Shown here: in pieces, positions 10,794-21,678 of the stretch | Layout: each line of letters starts with the position of its first letter | Position numbering within the stretch: position 1 is the first letter of the stretch | DNA from: a virus | Lineage: Duplodnaviria > Caudoviricetes | Virus record (IMG/VR): IMGVR_UViG_3300049783_001388 | Coordinates: 1 to 58,992 of that record | Strand: one strand, 5' to 3' | DNA length: 58,992 nucleotides | Program-made: the position numbers and the translations under genes | The notes under the pieces: generated by a model | The model's input: the letters and a program-made list of their open reading frames with translations, nothing else | Database searches by the model: none | What the model was told of the DNA's origin: nothing

Positions 10794-11411
10794 ATGAAAA
10801 ACTGCACATATATACTAGATGCTGGGCATGGTGGTATGATAAAAGGTAAATATCAAACAAGAGGTAAGAGGTCTCCAAAATGGGAAGATGGTAGACAAAT
10901 ATTTGAAGGTGTCTTAAATAGAGAAATTGTTTCTATTATCGCAAATATGCTAGAAGAGAAGAACATTACTTTCCACATATTAGTTCCAGAAGAAAAAGAT
11001 ATTAGCCTTAGCGAAAGAGTTAATAGAGCACACAATTTAAAAACTGATAATGATAAGGTTTTTATATCTGTACATTCTAATTCTGGAGGTGGTACTGGAT
11101 TTGAAGTATTCACAAGCCATGGTACATCAAAATCTGATAGATTAGCTACATTACTTTGGCTAGAAATTGCTAAAAATTTTCCAGACATTAGAATGAGATC
11201 TTGCATGGTTGATGGCGATGTAGATAAAGAAAGTTCATTTTATGTATTGAGAAAAACTAGAATGCCTGCGATACTTGGTGAGAATTTCTTTATGGACACA
11301 TTGAAGCCAGACTTTGAAATAATATGGTCTGAAGAAGGGAAAATTAATATCGCAAAATCTTATGTTGGTGCAATATTAAATTACCACAAAGAAAATTCCT
11401 ATAAACCATGA
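10794..11411 (+). CDS. N-acetylmuramoyl-L-alanine amidase (Amidase_3 endolysin)
   Basis: LDAGHGG, E, ISVHSN, GFEVF, FYVL, PAILGENFFMD motifs. Confidence 0.95.
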   Translation: MKNCTYILDAGHGGMIKGKYQTRGKRSPKWEDGRQIFEGVLNREIVSIIANMLEEKNITFHILVPEEKDISLSERVNRAHNLKTDNDKVFISVHSNSGGGTGFEVFTSHGTSKSDRLATLLWLEIAKNFPDIRMRSCMVDGDVDKESSFYVLRKTRMPAILGENFFMDTLKPDFEIIWSEEGKINIAKSYVGAILNYHKENSYKP

Positions 11412-11872
11412 ATATATTTGGATTAATAGCAAACTTACTAGGGATAGGTAAAAGTGCATTAGATAATCGTTCTAAACAAAAGCTATTAGAAGCTGAACAG
11501 AAACATGAGATAACTAAAGCACAAACAAAAGCAACCGTTGATAGGATAATGTCTAATACAGATGCTGATAACAATATTGACCTAATAACAGCACATAACA
11601 AGAAATATACTTGGAAAGATGAGATAGTAACATATCTTTTCCTAATGCCTATATTTGTTGCAACTGTTGTCCCATTTATAATTGCCTTTAAGACAAGTGA
11701 GTGGGGAAATTTAAATGATTTAACATTGAAATCATATTTAAGTTTAGATAAATTACCGACTTGGTATAAGTGGGTTTTAGGGGCTGTTATAATTGATGTA
11801 TTAGGGTTTAGGAGTTTTGCAAGGAAGCTTATAGATAAATACATTTCAAGTTCTAAAATTAAAATAAAATAG
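11408..11872 (+). CDS. Putative holin (3TM-holin-like)
   Basis: Overlaps the amidase stop; WKDE motif, two to three transmembrane segments, LPTWY...LGFR. Confidence 0.7.
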   Translation: MNIFGLIANLLGIGKSALDNRSKQKLLEAEQKHEITKAQTKATVDRIMSNTDADNNIDLITAHNKKYTWKDEIVTYLFLMPIFVATVVPFIIAFKTSEWGNLNDLTLKSYLSLDKLPTWYKWVLGAVIIDVLGFRSFARKLIDKYISSSKIKIK

Positions 11873-11890
11873 GGGATTAATCCCCTTTTT
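11871..11890 (+). terminator. Intrinsic terminator ending the lysis module
   Basis: AGGGGA-TTAA-TCCCCT followed by a T run. Confidence 0.85.
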
Positions 11891-11965
11891 ATTCTAATGT
11901 AAGATCGCTTTTAGAGTGTTTAATAAGTTTAGCATATAATTTAAGGTAAAAAATTTAAAATACTC

Positions 11966-11997
11966 TTAGCGACAATTATATATGCCATTACTATTGC
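11966..11997 (+). promoter_or_regulatory. Candidate phage RNA polymerase promoter, copy 1
   Basis: TTAGCGACAATTATATATGCCATTACTATTGC; core ATRCCAYTACTATTGC shared with 24178 and 34182. Confidence 0.55.
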
Positions 11998-12011
11998 TTA
12001 AACGATATAAT

Positions 12012-12455
12012 ATGAATATAGAAGATTTAGAATTTGAGGGGCTAACTATTGAGCAATTCAAAGGAATTATTGCAAATGAAGTTAAGAATCAATTAGAAAT
12101 AATTAAAAAAAATAGATTTAAGATTTCAGCAAAAGATTTAGATAATGTCAATAGAGTAAGGATGTATTGGGATGAAGTTGCTTCTGTAGAATGTAAAAGA
12201 TTATTCAAACAAGAAAAGCAGAATATTGCACAAAATGTTAAAGAATATGGTATAGATAAGATATTTGAATCAATAGATTTAGTATGGTCTTCACCAATTA
12301 TGAAAGGTAAGAATCAATACCAAAAATATTTAAAATCTTTGGGTTGGTGCATGAAACCAGAAAGCTTAGAAAAGATATTAAAGGGGTATTACAATAGAGA
12401 CAAACAGGGATACCAAAATGAAGAATTTGACAAAGAAGACAATGGATTTGATTGA
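12012..12455 (+). CDS. Putative replication initiator-like protein
   Basis: Directly upstream of a DnaC-like ATPase; L.W...PE...KILKG.Y tail as in phage initiators. ATG 12012 is preferred because the ATG at 11982 lies inside the repeated motif. Confidence 0.5.
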   Translation: MNIEDLEFEGLTIEQFKGIIANEVKNQLEIIKKNRFKISAKDLDNVNRVRMYWDEVASVECKRLFKQEKQNIAQNVKEYGIDKIFESIDLVWSSPIMKGKNQYQKYLKSLGWCMKPESLEKILKGYYNRDKQGYQNEEFDKEDNGFD

Positions 12456-12999
12456 AATTGAAAAAGAATTATTTGCTGAGTTTAAGAGTAGAGTTGGAAA
12501 GGGTTTTGTAGATAGTGAATACATACAGAGAGCCATTAAGGAATACTCTAAATGTATCCACAGTAATACATCAAGTAAAGGTATAATGTTATCTGGGAGG
12601 ACTGGAACAGGTAAGACCATCTTATTAAAAAGCTTTGTTAAAGTTTGGGATAAATATAATTCAATAAAAATGGAAAATATAAAATCCTCAAATTTACAGT
12701 TTTGCACAACTAAGACTGAAGGGTATTCTAATAATTTAGATTTTAGGATGCCATTTTTATCGTTAGATGATTTTGGTTCAGAGCCTGAAGAAATAAAACA
12801 CTATGGTCAGACAATTACACCATTTATTGATATAATACAATATAGGTATGATATGAAAGATAAAAGGAAATTGTTATTTTCAACAACTAACTTAACGCCA
12901 AAAATGATTTCAGAAAGGTATGGTGACAGAACATTTAGCAGATTAAAAGGGGATAACTTAATATTAAAATTAGATGGGGAAGACAACAGAAAAAAGTAA
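12418..12999 (+). CDS. DnaC/IstB-like AAA+ ATPase (helicase loader)
   Basis: Walker A GRTGTGKT, Walker B LDDFGSE, TTNL, RYGDR.FSRL. Confidence 0.85.
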   Translation: MKNLTKKTMDLIEIEKELFAEFKSRVGKGFVDSEYIQRAIKEYSKCIHSNTSSKGIMLSGRTGTGKTILLKSFVKVWDKYNSIKMENIKSSNLQFCTTKTEGYSNNLDFRMPFLSLDDFGSEPEEIKHYGQTITPFIDIIQYRYDMKDKRKLLFSTTNLTPKMISERYGDRTFSRLKGDNLILKLDGEDNRKK

Positions 13000-13495
13000 G
13001 CCAGAATATATTGAGGGATCTTTATGCTTATACACAGATGGTTCTGCTATCACACATCTTGTTAATGTTAAGCGTTATGGTGGTTGGTCATTGTATGTAA
13101 CTGACCACAAGGATGAGCATATAGGTTTTCACGGTGGAGCAGAAAACACTACTATAAGTAGGATGGAACAAGAAGCAATGAACAGGGCATTAGAATTCTT
13201 AATAAAAAGAGTTAATTCTGGTGAAAATAGACCAATACATATTTATTCAGACAGCCAATTTGTTGTCAATAGTATAAATAAGGGGTGGCTATCAAACTGG
13301 AATAGAGAAAAGTTCATAGCAAGGGCAAATGCAGATATATGGAAACGTGTATGGGGCAATTTAGAAAAATTAAGATTAATGAAATCAGTTTATACTATAC
13401 ACCACATTAGAGGTCACCAAAAAGATCTTACCAAGCCACACATATTTGGAAATAATGTTGCTGATGTATTAGCTGATTATAAACAATTTTTATAA
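12974..13495 (+). CDS. rnhA: Ribonuclease HI
   Basis: YTDGS, TTISRME, IYSDSQ, NADIW, HIRGH, GNNVAD.LA motifs. Confidence 0.92.
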   Translation: MGKTTEKSKPEYIEGSLCLYTDGSAITHLVNVKRYGGWSLYVTDHKDEHIGFHGGAENTTISRMEQEAMNRALEFLIKRVNSGENRPIHIYSDSQFVVNSINKGWLSNWNREKFIARANADIWKRVWGNLEKLRLMKSVYTIHHIRGHQKDLTKPHIFGNNVADVLADYKQFL

Positions 13496-13710
13496 TGGCA
13501 ATAGTAGATTTTAAACAACAAATTAGACAAACATTCATAGATTCAGGATTTAAACCAAATGAAGATATTATAGAAAAGATTGATATATTACTGGACGATA
13601 CAGTCCCCAATAGTATTTGGAATAAGATTGCTATAATAACCCTTAGGAACCAAGCTATAGAGGCACAGTTAAAATTAAGTGAAATGGAAAAAAAATATAG
13701 TGGATCATGA
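13495..13710 (+). CDS. Hypothetical protein
   Basis: Translationally coupled ORF. Confidence 0.6.
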   Translation: MAIVDFKQQIRQTFIDSGFKPNEDIIEKIDILLDDTVPNSIWNKIAIITLRNQAIEAQLKLSEMEKKYSGS

Positions 13711-15365
13711 ACACTTATATTTTTACTAAGAATAATATCATATTTAAGTTTAGGTATGATAAAAATGTAATTCAAGACATTAAGGCTCTACTTAATGAAA
13801 CAAGTTACAATAAGATGGAAAAGACTTGGTCTTGCAGGAAGACACAATTTAATATTGATAGATTAGATTATTTATTCAAAATGTATGGCTTTATACAGGC
13901 TGATGAATCTAAAGAATTTCCTTGGGAAGAACTTAAAAAGATATCTGTAATAACTGAAAGCCAATTGCAAGCGGTTAAAGATTATGCTAAAGATTATGGA
14001 TTCAAATTGACACCAAGAGATTATCAATTATATGGGGTTGCATCAATGTTAAATTTTAAATCATGTATAAATGGTGATGCTATGGGTTTAGGTAAGACAG
14101 GTCAATCTATAATGTCTATTGAAATGGCAAATCTTAAACCCGCTTTAATAATTACTCCAGCTTCTTTAAAATATAACTGGCAAAAAGAATGGAATAAATG
14201 GGTAGATGGTGCAAACATATCTGTAATAGATGGCAAGCATAAAGACTTTGATGCGGACATTGTTATAATTAATTATGATTTATTAAATAAGAATTCTGCA
14301 ATATTAAAGAAGAAGAAATGGGCTTCTATGGTATTAGACGAAAGCCAATTCATAAAGAACTCAAAATCACAAAGAAGTAAGGTCGTCAGAACATTAGCCA
14401 AAAATATAGAGTATAAATTCTTATTAACTGGTACTGCGATAATGAATAGGGTTGATGAGATAATACACCCATTGAAAGTTCTAAATCTATTAGATAGTGA
14501 ATTCGGTGGATGGAAAAAATTTATATTTAAATATTGTGATGCACATTATGGCAATTACGGATTAGATATAACTGGTGCAAGTAATATTTTAGAATTAAAT
14601 TCTGAACTTAGGAAAACTTGTTATATTAGGAGAGAATTATCTGACGTATTAGATAACATACCAGAAAGAGTTGATCAAATAATTGAAGTTCCTTTTACCA
14701 ATAGGGGTAAATTATTATCAATAGCAAATGATGTTGTATCTTTTGTTGAAAAGACTGAAGGGTTAGAAGCTTCACTTAGAGCAGAACTTGCCATCCCACT
14801 AGTCACTTCTATTAAATTAAAGCAATATAATTCAATCGGGAAACAAAATGGCATTAAAGCATGGATAAAAGATTTTAAAGAATCTAGTGATGATAAACTA
14901 TTAATATTTGGATGCAATAGCAATTCTTTACAATATCTATCTAGTGAATTTAAATCCGTATTAATAGACGGTAGTGTAAGTTCAAAAAATAAACTAAAAT
15001 ATATAGAGGATTTTCAAAAATCTGACGAACAGCTTTTATTTGGAAATATACAGTCTCTAGGGACTGGCGTTGATGGTTTGCAAGAAGTTTGCTCCTATGT
15101 ACTGTTTATAGATTTACCAGATGTACCATCGTTAATAGACCAAGCAATAGCAAGGTTAAGGAGATCAGGTCAAAAAAAAGTTGTAAACGTATATTATGCA
15201 TTCGCCAAGGGTGGCATTGATAAATTAATGTGGGATATATTATCTGAGAAATATGAAATTGTAGATGCAATAAACAAAGGTGATAGCAAACGTATTTCTG
15301 AATCAAATAAAAAATTTAATATGAATCAAACATTATTTAATACAGTTAGAAATGGTGAATTTTAA
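13707..15365 (+). CDS. SNF2/HARP-like SF2 helicase
   Basis: RDYQ, DAMGLGKT, DESQ, LLTGT, QAIARLRRSGQ motifs. Confidence 0.92.
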   Translation: MNTYIFTKNNIIFKFRYDKNVIQDIKALLNETSYNKMEKTWSCRKTQFNIDRLDYLFKMYGFIQADESKEFPWEELKKISVITESQLQAVKDYAKDYGFKLTPRDYQLYGVASMLNFKSCINGDAMGLGKTGQSIMSIEMANLKPALIITPASLKYNWQKEWNKWVDGANISVIDGKHKDFDADIVIINYDLLNKNSAILKKKKWASMVLDESQFIKNSKSQRSKVVRTLAKNIEYKFLLTGTAIMNRVDEIIHPLKVLNLLDSEFGGWKKFIFKYCDAHYGNYGLDITGASNILELNSELRKTCYIRRELSDVLDNIPERVDQIIEVPFTNRGKLLSIANDVVSFVEKTEGLEASLRAELAIPLVTSIKLKQYNSIGKQNGIKAWIKDFKESSDDKLLIFGCNSNSLQYLSSEFKSVLIDGSVSSKNKLKYIEDFQKSDEQLLFGNIQSLGTGVDGLQEVCSYVLFIDLPDVPSLIDQAIARLRRSGQKKVVNVYYAFAKGGIDKLMWDILSEKYEIVDAINKGDSKRISESNKKFNMNQTLFNTVRNGEF

Positions 15366-16350
15366 AATAAACGAAGAAAATCTATTCTATTTTTGTGAAT
15401 GGATAAAAGAAAGGCAAAATGTATTTGTTAAGAAATCTGCTGGAGAAAAATATCCATGGACTGATAATGAAATAATTAAAGTTCATAAATTCACAAATGT
15501 ATTTAGGGTATTAGATTGGGAAAGCCAATTCTTAATTAGGCACGTAATAGGCAATGATGATAGGAGTTTAATAGATACAACCTTTAGGATATTATTATTT
15601 AAGCATATAAACTATCAGCCAACTTGGGAACATCTTGAAAATGTTTTAGGTGATATTACATTTACAGATACAATAATTTCTGAAATAAAAAGGGAACTGG
15701 ATTCTTATTGTAAGGGTCATAAAGTTTATAGCTCTGCATACCTTCAAGCAGCTAATTTTGTAAGGACTGATAGATGGGGGCATCTAAAGGGTACTGGTAA
15801 ACATAATGCATATCTAACAGTTTTTGAAAATCAATTATTTAATGTTAAAAGCTTAGACGAATTTGTTAAATTACACGATGTAAAGAATCTTAGAACATTA
15901 ATAGATAGCTTACAGGAAATTGATGGGGTTGGTAACTTTATGTCTTACCAATTTGCACAAGATTTAAATTACAGCCATTGGTGGAATCAGGAAATGAATA
16001 ATGAAACATTTGAAGGTCCAGGATCAATGCGTGGTGTAGATAGATGCTTTTCTAATCACACTAAGAAAGATTATGCAAAGCTAATAAAATGGACTTGGGA
16101 AAACATAGATGAAATGTTTAAAAATTTTGGACTAGGTGACCCACCAAAATTCAGGGGTATGCCACTTCAACTTACTGATATACAAAATTGTTTCTGCGAA
16201 GCTGATAAGTATATGAGAGGTCTTGGTGTCCAAACTCCAGGTGTATCTGGTAAATCAATAAAACAAAAATATAAACAAAGTGGGATGCGTAAATTAGAAG
16301 CGGTGCTACCAAAAAAATTTATTAATAGATTATGGAGTACGAATTCATAA
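15352..16350 (+). CDS. 5-hydroxymethyluracil DNA kinase (aGPT-Pplase1 family)
   Basis: ERQ...PWTD...KFTNVFRVLD, GVGNFMSYQ...DLNYS, GPGS.RG and DIQNCFCEADKY.R are the family signatures; adjacent to a thymidylate synthase homologue. Confidence 0.85.
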   Translation: MVNFKINEENLFYFCEWIKERQNVFVKKSAGEKYPWTDNEIIKVHKFTNVFRVLDWESQFLIRHVIGNDDRSLIDTTFRILLFKHINYQPTWEHLENVLGDITFTDTIISEIKRELDSYCKGHKVYSSAYLQAANFVRTDRWGHLKGTGKHNAYLTVFENQLFNVKSLDEFVKLHDVKNLRTLIDSLQEIDGVGNFMSYQFAQDLNYSHWWNQEMNNETFEGPGSMRGVDRCFSNHTKKDYAKLIKWTWENIDEMFKNFGLGDPPKFRGMPLQLTDIQNCFCEADKYMRGLGVQTPGVSGKSIKQKYKQSGMRKLEAVLPKKFINRLWSTNS

Positions 16351-17330
16351 CATTAGATGATGCCTTAATAGGTATGTCTAAGCAGTTACTAAAAAATGGA
16401 GTACCTAGAGGAACAAGAGGTTTTCAATGTATAGAAATGAGAGAACCTGTATTGATAAAAATTTGCGACCCAACTTCTAGGATAATTAAAAACCCTGCAA
16501 GGGCTTGGAGCCAAACATTGCCAATAGCAGAATCAATATGGTTATTAAATGGTGTAAACTCAATGCATTTACCTGGAGCAATAACTAAAAATTTGTATAA
16601 TTTTAGTGACGATGGTGAGTTTATGAGAGCTGGATATGGACCTAGGATTAGATCATTTAATAATTCAAATGATGACTATAAGATAAAATCCCCTGATGAA
16701 AGATTAGGTGTTGACCAATTAAGATATGTTGTAGAAAGTTTGATTAAAGACCCTAATTCAAGACAAGCATCTATTACAATACATGACCCTAATAAAGATA
16801 ATTTTAACCCTGATGGCTCATTAAAAACAACAAAGGATACACCCTGTACTAGAACAATAAAGTTTGAAAAGAAAAACGGTAAACTGGATTGTATTGTTTC
16901 TATGAGAAGTAATGATTTATTATGGGGATTTTCAGCAGTTAATGTTTTCAACTTCACACTTATGCAAGAAATGGTATCTATGTTAGTAGGTATCCCAATT
17001 GGGCATTATTATCATTTTGCAGAAAACTTCCACTATTACAAAAAAGTAGAAGATCAAATAATTAATATCGCTACATCTTATTTCAAATCAGAACATGAAA
17101 CGTTCCACTACAAGGGTTTAAATGGTGTTAATTTTGATTTCTTTGATTGTGTATTAACTAATGTATATCATTCAGCATTACAGTTAGTTGGTGGGACACA
17201 GAACAGATACTCATCTTTAGTTTGCCAAACAACTGGTATTGACATATTTGATGATATGCTATTGCAAATATTTAAATTTAAAAATAAATCGTTAAACGGA
17301 AATGAATTTTATAACAATAATCTAAATTAA
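16332..17330 (+). CDS. Thymidylate synthase homologue, probable dUMP hydroxymethylase
   Basis: YGPR, SRQA, PCT catalytic Cys, MRSND..WG...N (Asn suggests dUMP specificity), H..NFH.Y; coupled to the hmU DNA kinase. Confidence 0.8.
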   Translation: MEYEFITLDDALIGMSKQLLKNGVPRGTRGFQCIEMREPVLIKICDPTSRIIKNPARAWSQTLPIAESIWLLNGVNSMHLPGAITKNLYNFSDDGEFMRAGYGPRIRSFNNSNDDYKIKSPDERLGVDQLRYVVESLIKDPNSRQASITIHDPNKDNFNPDGSLKTTKDTPCTRTIKFEKKNGKLDCIVSMRSNDLLWGFSAVNVFNFTLMQEMVSMLVGIPIGHYYHFAENFHYYKKVEDQIINIATSYFKSEHETFHYKGLNGVNFDFFDCVLTNVYHSALQLVGGTQNRYSSLVCQTTGIDIFDDMLLQIFKFKNKSLNGNEFYNNNLN

Positions 17331-19597
17331 TGAATAGTAAAGATTTAATGAGTGACTATAATTTTATATCTAAATATAGTCAAAAAAAAGAAGATGGCAC
17401 TAAGGAAAATTGGAGTGAAAGTTTAGAAAGGATTTATGCAATGCATAAGGTTAAATATAAGGACATAATATCCGGTAAATATGGGGCTATTCTTTTAGAA
17501 CTTTTAGATTTCTGTAAAGATATGGAAACTGATAAGGCTGTATTATCAGCTCAAAGAGTTAGACAATTTGCAGACCCAAGGGAACATCGTGGAATCTTGA
17601 GACATAATGGAAAATTATACAATTGTGCAAGCTCTTACATGGACAGGATTGAAGTTTTCCACCAAACAATATTCGCATTATTAGAAGGATCTGGGGTTGG
17701 GTTAAGTTTGCAATATGAGCATATTTCAAGTTTGCCAAAATTCAAAAGAAATAAAAATGATAGATGTATCACTTATGTCATTGAAGACTCAATTGAAGGT
17801 TGGGCTGAATCTGTAAGATATTTAATAAGATCTTATGTAACACATACTAACGAGAGGCAAGAGTTTGATTATAGTAAGATAAGACCAAAAGGTGCAATTA
17901 TTGCAAACCAATTCTTAGCACCAGGACCTGATGGATTAAGGTTAAGCTTAGAAAAGATAAGAGATATATTGGAAAATGCTACTTGTGATGGTCCACGTAG
18001 ATTATTATCAATAGAAATTTATGATATAATAATGTGGGAAGCTGATGCTGTTTTATCTGGTGGAGTAAGAAGATCTGCAACCATAATGCTATTTAGCCAT
18101 GACGACAAACATATGTTATCTGCAAAGACTGGCGATTGGTATATCAATAATAAGCAAAGAAGATTATCAAACAATACTGTAATGTTGCATAGAGATACTG
18201 TGACGAGAGAACAATTTGATAGTGTTATGAAGTATGTTAAAGAATTTGGTGAGCCAGGATTTGGATTTACTAATTCTATTTACACTACTTTCAACCCATG
18301 TTTTGAAATAGGTAAGACACCTATAATTATGGAAACAGGTCAGACAGGGTTCCAATATTGCAACTTAACTGAAATTAATGGCACTTATTGCAATAGTAAA
18401 GAAAACTTAATGAAAGCTGTAAGAGCAGCTACTATCTTAGGTACATTACAAGCAGGGTATGATCAATTTAATTATTTAGGTGAAGTTACAGGTAAGATAG
18501 TAAGAAAAGAAGCTTTATTAGGAGTCAGTATTACAGGTTGGATGACAAACCCTGATATACTATTCAATGAAGAAATAATTTCTGAAGCAGCCAAGTATTC
18601 GTTAGAAGTTAATGAAGAAGTTGCAAATCTTATTGGTATAAATTTAGCAGCAAGGATAACTACAACAAAGCCGAGCGGTAATGCATCTGTACTACTTGGG
18701 ACAAGTTCAGGTATCCATGGTGACCATTCTGAAAAATATATTAGGAACATACAAGTTAATAAGGATGAGATAAGTGGAAAGGTATTTGCTTCAGTTAATC
18801 CATTTGCAGTACAAGATAGTGTTTGGTCTAATACTGATAGTGTGATTAGCTTCCCACTTAAAGCAGATGATAAGACAATTCTTAAAAATGATTTATTAGG
18901 CGTTAAACAATTAGAGTATGTTAAAAAAGCTCAAGAGTGGTGGGTGCTAAATGGTCATAGACCTGAATTGGCTACCGTAGGAGGGACTACACACAATGTA
19001 TCTAACACAATACAAGTACCGCCAGATTCATGGGATGAAGTTGCTGACTTTATTTGGGAAAATAGAGGTATTCTTAGCGGTGTAAGTTTATTACCAACTT
19101 CTGGTGATTTAGACTACCCACAAGCCCCATTTCAGAAAGTTAAAGATACTATTGATATAGTTAAGGAATATGGGGATGCGGTATTGTATGCAAGTGGGTT
19201 GATAGTAGATCAGATAGGTGTATTTGAAAACCTATGGGATGCTTGTGATTCTTTAAGGTATAATAAAGATATATCTATTGTCATTGATAGATTCGTTGAA
19301 ATAGATGGTGAAGTTGCCATTATACATGGTGACAATAAAGAGCAGAAGATTGCAAAAGTAAATAAGCAAGATTGGATACGTAGATTAGAAAAATTCTCTA
19401 TGAACCATTTTAATGGGAATTTAGATAATGCAATTAACTGTCTAAAAGATGTTGAACTAAATCATAGATGGAATAAACTTAATAAGGGTTTAAGAACCAT
19501 TAATTGGGATAATGTGGATTTCTCGAAAGAGTTTAAAGAATCTTCAGACCAAGTTGCAACGGCTTGTGCGGGAGGAAAATGTGAAATAAGTTTTTAA
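17330..19597 (+). CDS. Ribonucleotide reductase, RTPR/class II-like
   Basis: YNCA, GSGVG, DSIEGW, GGVRRSA, NPCFEI, CNLTEI, TTKPSG and C-terminal CAGGKC; no beta subunit in the window. Confidence 0.88.
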   Translation: MNSKDLMSDYNFISKYSQKKEDGTKENWSESLERIYAMHKVKYKDIISGKYGAILLELLDFCKDMETDKAVLSAQRVRQFADPREHRGILRHNGKLYNCASSYMDRIEVFHQTIFALLEGSGVGLSLQYEHISSLPKFKRNKNDRCITYVIEDSIEGWAESVRYLIRSYVTHTNERQEFDYSKIRPKGAIIANQFLAPGPDGLRLSLEKIRDILENATCDGPRRLLSIEIYDIIMWEADAVLSGGVRRSATIMLFSHDDKHMLSAKTGDWYINNKQRRLSNNTVMLHRDTVTREQFDSVMKYVKEFGEPGFGFTNSIYTTFNPCFEIGKTPIIMETGQTGFQYCNLTEINGTYCNSKENLMKAVRAATILGTLQAGYDQFNYLGEVTGKIVRKEALLGVSITGWMTNPDILFNEEIISEAAKYSLEVNEEVANLIGINLAARITTTKPSGNASVLLGTSSGIHGDHSEKYIRNIQVNKDEISGKVFASVNPFAVQDSVWSNTDSVISFPLKADDKTILKNDLLGVKQLEYVKKAQEWWVLNGHRPELATVGGTTHNVSNTIQVPPDSWDEVADFIWENRGILSGVSLLPTSGDLDYPQAPFQKVKDTIDIVKEYGDAVLYASGLIVDQIGVFENLWDACDSLRYNKDISIVIDRFVEIDGEVAIIHGDNKEQKIAKVNKQDWIRRLEKFSMNHFNGNLDNAINCLKDVELNHRWNKLNKGLRTINWDNVDFSKEFKESSDQVATACAGGKCEISF

Positions 19598-19703
19598 GCT
19601 TTTAAGATAATTTTGTTAACTTTTAACCCTATTGTATGTGTATAAATTAAAAATGCCTTAAGGACATTTATATATACATATAGTAGGGCTATAAACTAAA
19701 TTT

Positions 19704-20261
19704 ATGGGTAGAATAGAAATGAATATTGGGGGCAAAAAAATTGTACTCAATACAAAAGATTTTAATGAAGAAATAGATGTAGACGATTTATTATCTATAC
19801 ATTATGAAAATATACCTGGAGAGGTAATTACGATTCCTGCATTATTAAATAGGGTAGGACTACTAAAAGCTGAGGCAGAATCAATATCTAAAAAATCTAA
19901 ATTATTACTTTCAATAGAAGAAAGTAAATTCAAGAAAGGGTTAAGACGCGAAGCTACAATTAATTCTGGCTTCTTTAGGATAAATGAAGAAAGATTTAAG
20001 TTAAGTGAAAAATCCCTAGAGGAAGCAATGGTTTTGGATAAAGTTTGCCAAACAAGAGCACAACAATTAATAGACGCTGAAACAGATTATGAAACTGTTT
20101 CTGTACTATATTGGTCTTTATCAGAAAAGAGTAAGAAATTAGATAACCTAATTAAAGGTACATCTCCAGACGAATTTTCAGAAAGTATCATAGAAGGTAA
20201 AATCAATGATATGTACATCAGTTTTAACAAAAGAATACCAATAACAGAAAGAAAAGGGTAA
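19704..20261 (+). CDS. Helical protein, possibly a UvsY-like recombination mediator
   Basis: Coiled-coil character and position next to SSB, SbcD and RecA. Inference only. Confidence 0.4.
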   Translation: MGRIEMNIGGKKIVLNTKDFNEEIDVDDLLSIHYENIPGEVITIPALLNRVGLLKAEAESISKKSKLLLSIEESKFKKGLRREATINSGFFRINEERFKLSEKSLEEAMVLDKVCQTRAQQLIDAETDYETVSVLYWSLSEKSKKLDNLIKGTSPDEFSESIIEGKINDMYISFNKRIPITERKG

Positions 20262-20301
20262 GACCCTCAAATATAATAACTAAATAAATCTTAATTAAAA
20301 A

Positions 20302-21639
20302 ATGGCATTCGACAGAAGCAAATTTAAAGGTGGCTCAAGAAAGGCACAAAAAGAAGTTCAAAAATCTGAACCTGTATCACAAAATGGTAAGAAAACTTGG
20401 CACTACATTGAAGAGGGTAGAAATGAACTAAGACTAGCTCCTCCACATAACCCAGAACATAGTTCTTATGAACTATACAGAACTGCAAACATTGATTGCA
20501 ATGCAGCCGTATGGGAAAATGGTGAAAAAACAGATAAGACTGAAATTAAAACTAAAAAGATAATTTCGGCAATAGTACACTCAGAAGCTTTAAAGCCATT
20601 AGGTGAGGACGCAGACATAATGGAATTGTATGTTAGAATGGTAAAGGACAATGCATACAAAACCATTAAAGATAAAAAGAAGAGAGAAAAATATCTTGCA
20701 CCTATTAAAGGTTATAGGGGTAATGATAAAAAATGGGTATGGGGTATTCAAGCTTCAAGTAGTTTTTTATGTTACGCTTGGCGTGATGGCAATTTAGGGA
20801 TGGTTCAATTATATTCTGCTTGGGTTAGAGATATGGACAAATTATCTGCTGAATTAGAAATAGAAGGGGATATTATTGAAATTGACCCATTTAGTAATGT
20901 TGATGAGGGATACCCATTAATAATTATGAAAGATAAGGGTAAGGATGACAAATGGAAATATGTTATCAGTATGGGTGCTCCATCTAGGGCAAAGTCAGAA
21001 ACTTATGATGATTTCTTTGCTAGGACAGCATTAACTGATGGGCAGTTATCTGAATTATCAAAAGAAAGATCCTTATACGATAAATATGTAGATTCTTACA
21101 AATTATCAGATTTTGAAATGTCTTTAGACGGATTAAAAATGTTTGATGAAAAAAATGAATTTGGCATATTTGAAGACGATGAATTCTTAGACAAGTGCGA
21201 AAAAATTCAAGAAATTTTAGAAGCAGATAAAGTTAGGAGAGAATCTGAAGCAGAGAAAAAAGAAGAAGAAGAGGAAGAAGATTCAGAAGAAAATAATACT
21301 CCTGCAAAAGTTCAAGAAAAAAAAGTTGCAAAGCCATTAAAGAAAAAAATCATTAAGGTTGCACCAAAAGTTGATAAACTTTTATTTGTTTTAAATTTTG
21401 TAAATGATTCATACGGTGAAGGGTTCGATAATCAAATACCAAGGGAAGGATCTGAATTAGATAAATGGTACGAATTGTCTAAAGATAATGAAGATTTACC
21501 GTTGGTTGATCAAGATGAATTTAATGCTGCGCTTTTACCAGAAGTAGAAGAAGTAGAAGAAGAGGAAGAAGAGGAAAACAAAGTTCCAGTAGGGGATTTA
21601 GCTTCACAGATTGCAAACTTAAGAAATCGTAAAAAATAA
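20302..21639 (+). CDS. Putative ssDNA-binding protein (T4 gp32-like) with acidic tracts
   Basis: EGRNELRLAPP N-terminal pattern, DPF....G..L motif, poly-Glu tracts; gene context. Confidence 0.6.
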   Translation: MAFDRSKFKGGSRKAQKEVQKSEPVSQNGKKTWHYIEEGRNELRLAPPHNPEHSSYELYRTANIDCNAAVWENGEKTDKTEIKTKKIISAIVHSEALKPLGEDADIMELYVRMVKDNAYKTIKDKKKREKYLAPIKGYRGNDKKWVWGIQASSSFLCYAWRDGNLGMVQLYSAWVRDMDKLSAELEIEGDIIEIDPFSNVDEGYPLIIMKDKGKDDKWKYVISMGAPSRAKSETYDDFFARTALTDGQLSELSKERSLYDKYVDSYKLSDFEMSLDGLKMFDEKNEFGIFEDDEFLDKCEKIQEILEADKVRRESEAEKKEEEEEEDSEENNTPAKVQEKKVAKPLKKKIIKVAPKVDKLLFVLNFVNDSYGEGFDNQIPREGSELDKWYELSKDNEDLPLVDQDEFNAALLPEVEEVEEEEEEENKVPVGDLASQIANLRNRKK

Positions 21640-21642
21640 CAT

Positions 21643-21665
21643 AAATGGGGCGAAAGCCCCATTTT
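21643..21665 (+). terminator. Intrinsic terminator
   Basis: AAATGGGGC-GAAA-GCCCCATTTT. Confidence 0.85.
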
Positions 21666-21678
21666 AATCATAAACTAT

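Noticed and set aside
11982-12011. ORF-track starts at 11982, 39245, 49841, 51078, 53525, 57146 and 57538
   Set aside because: These extensions run through promoter motifs or upstream genes; downstream ATGs with typical A-rich leaders fit better.
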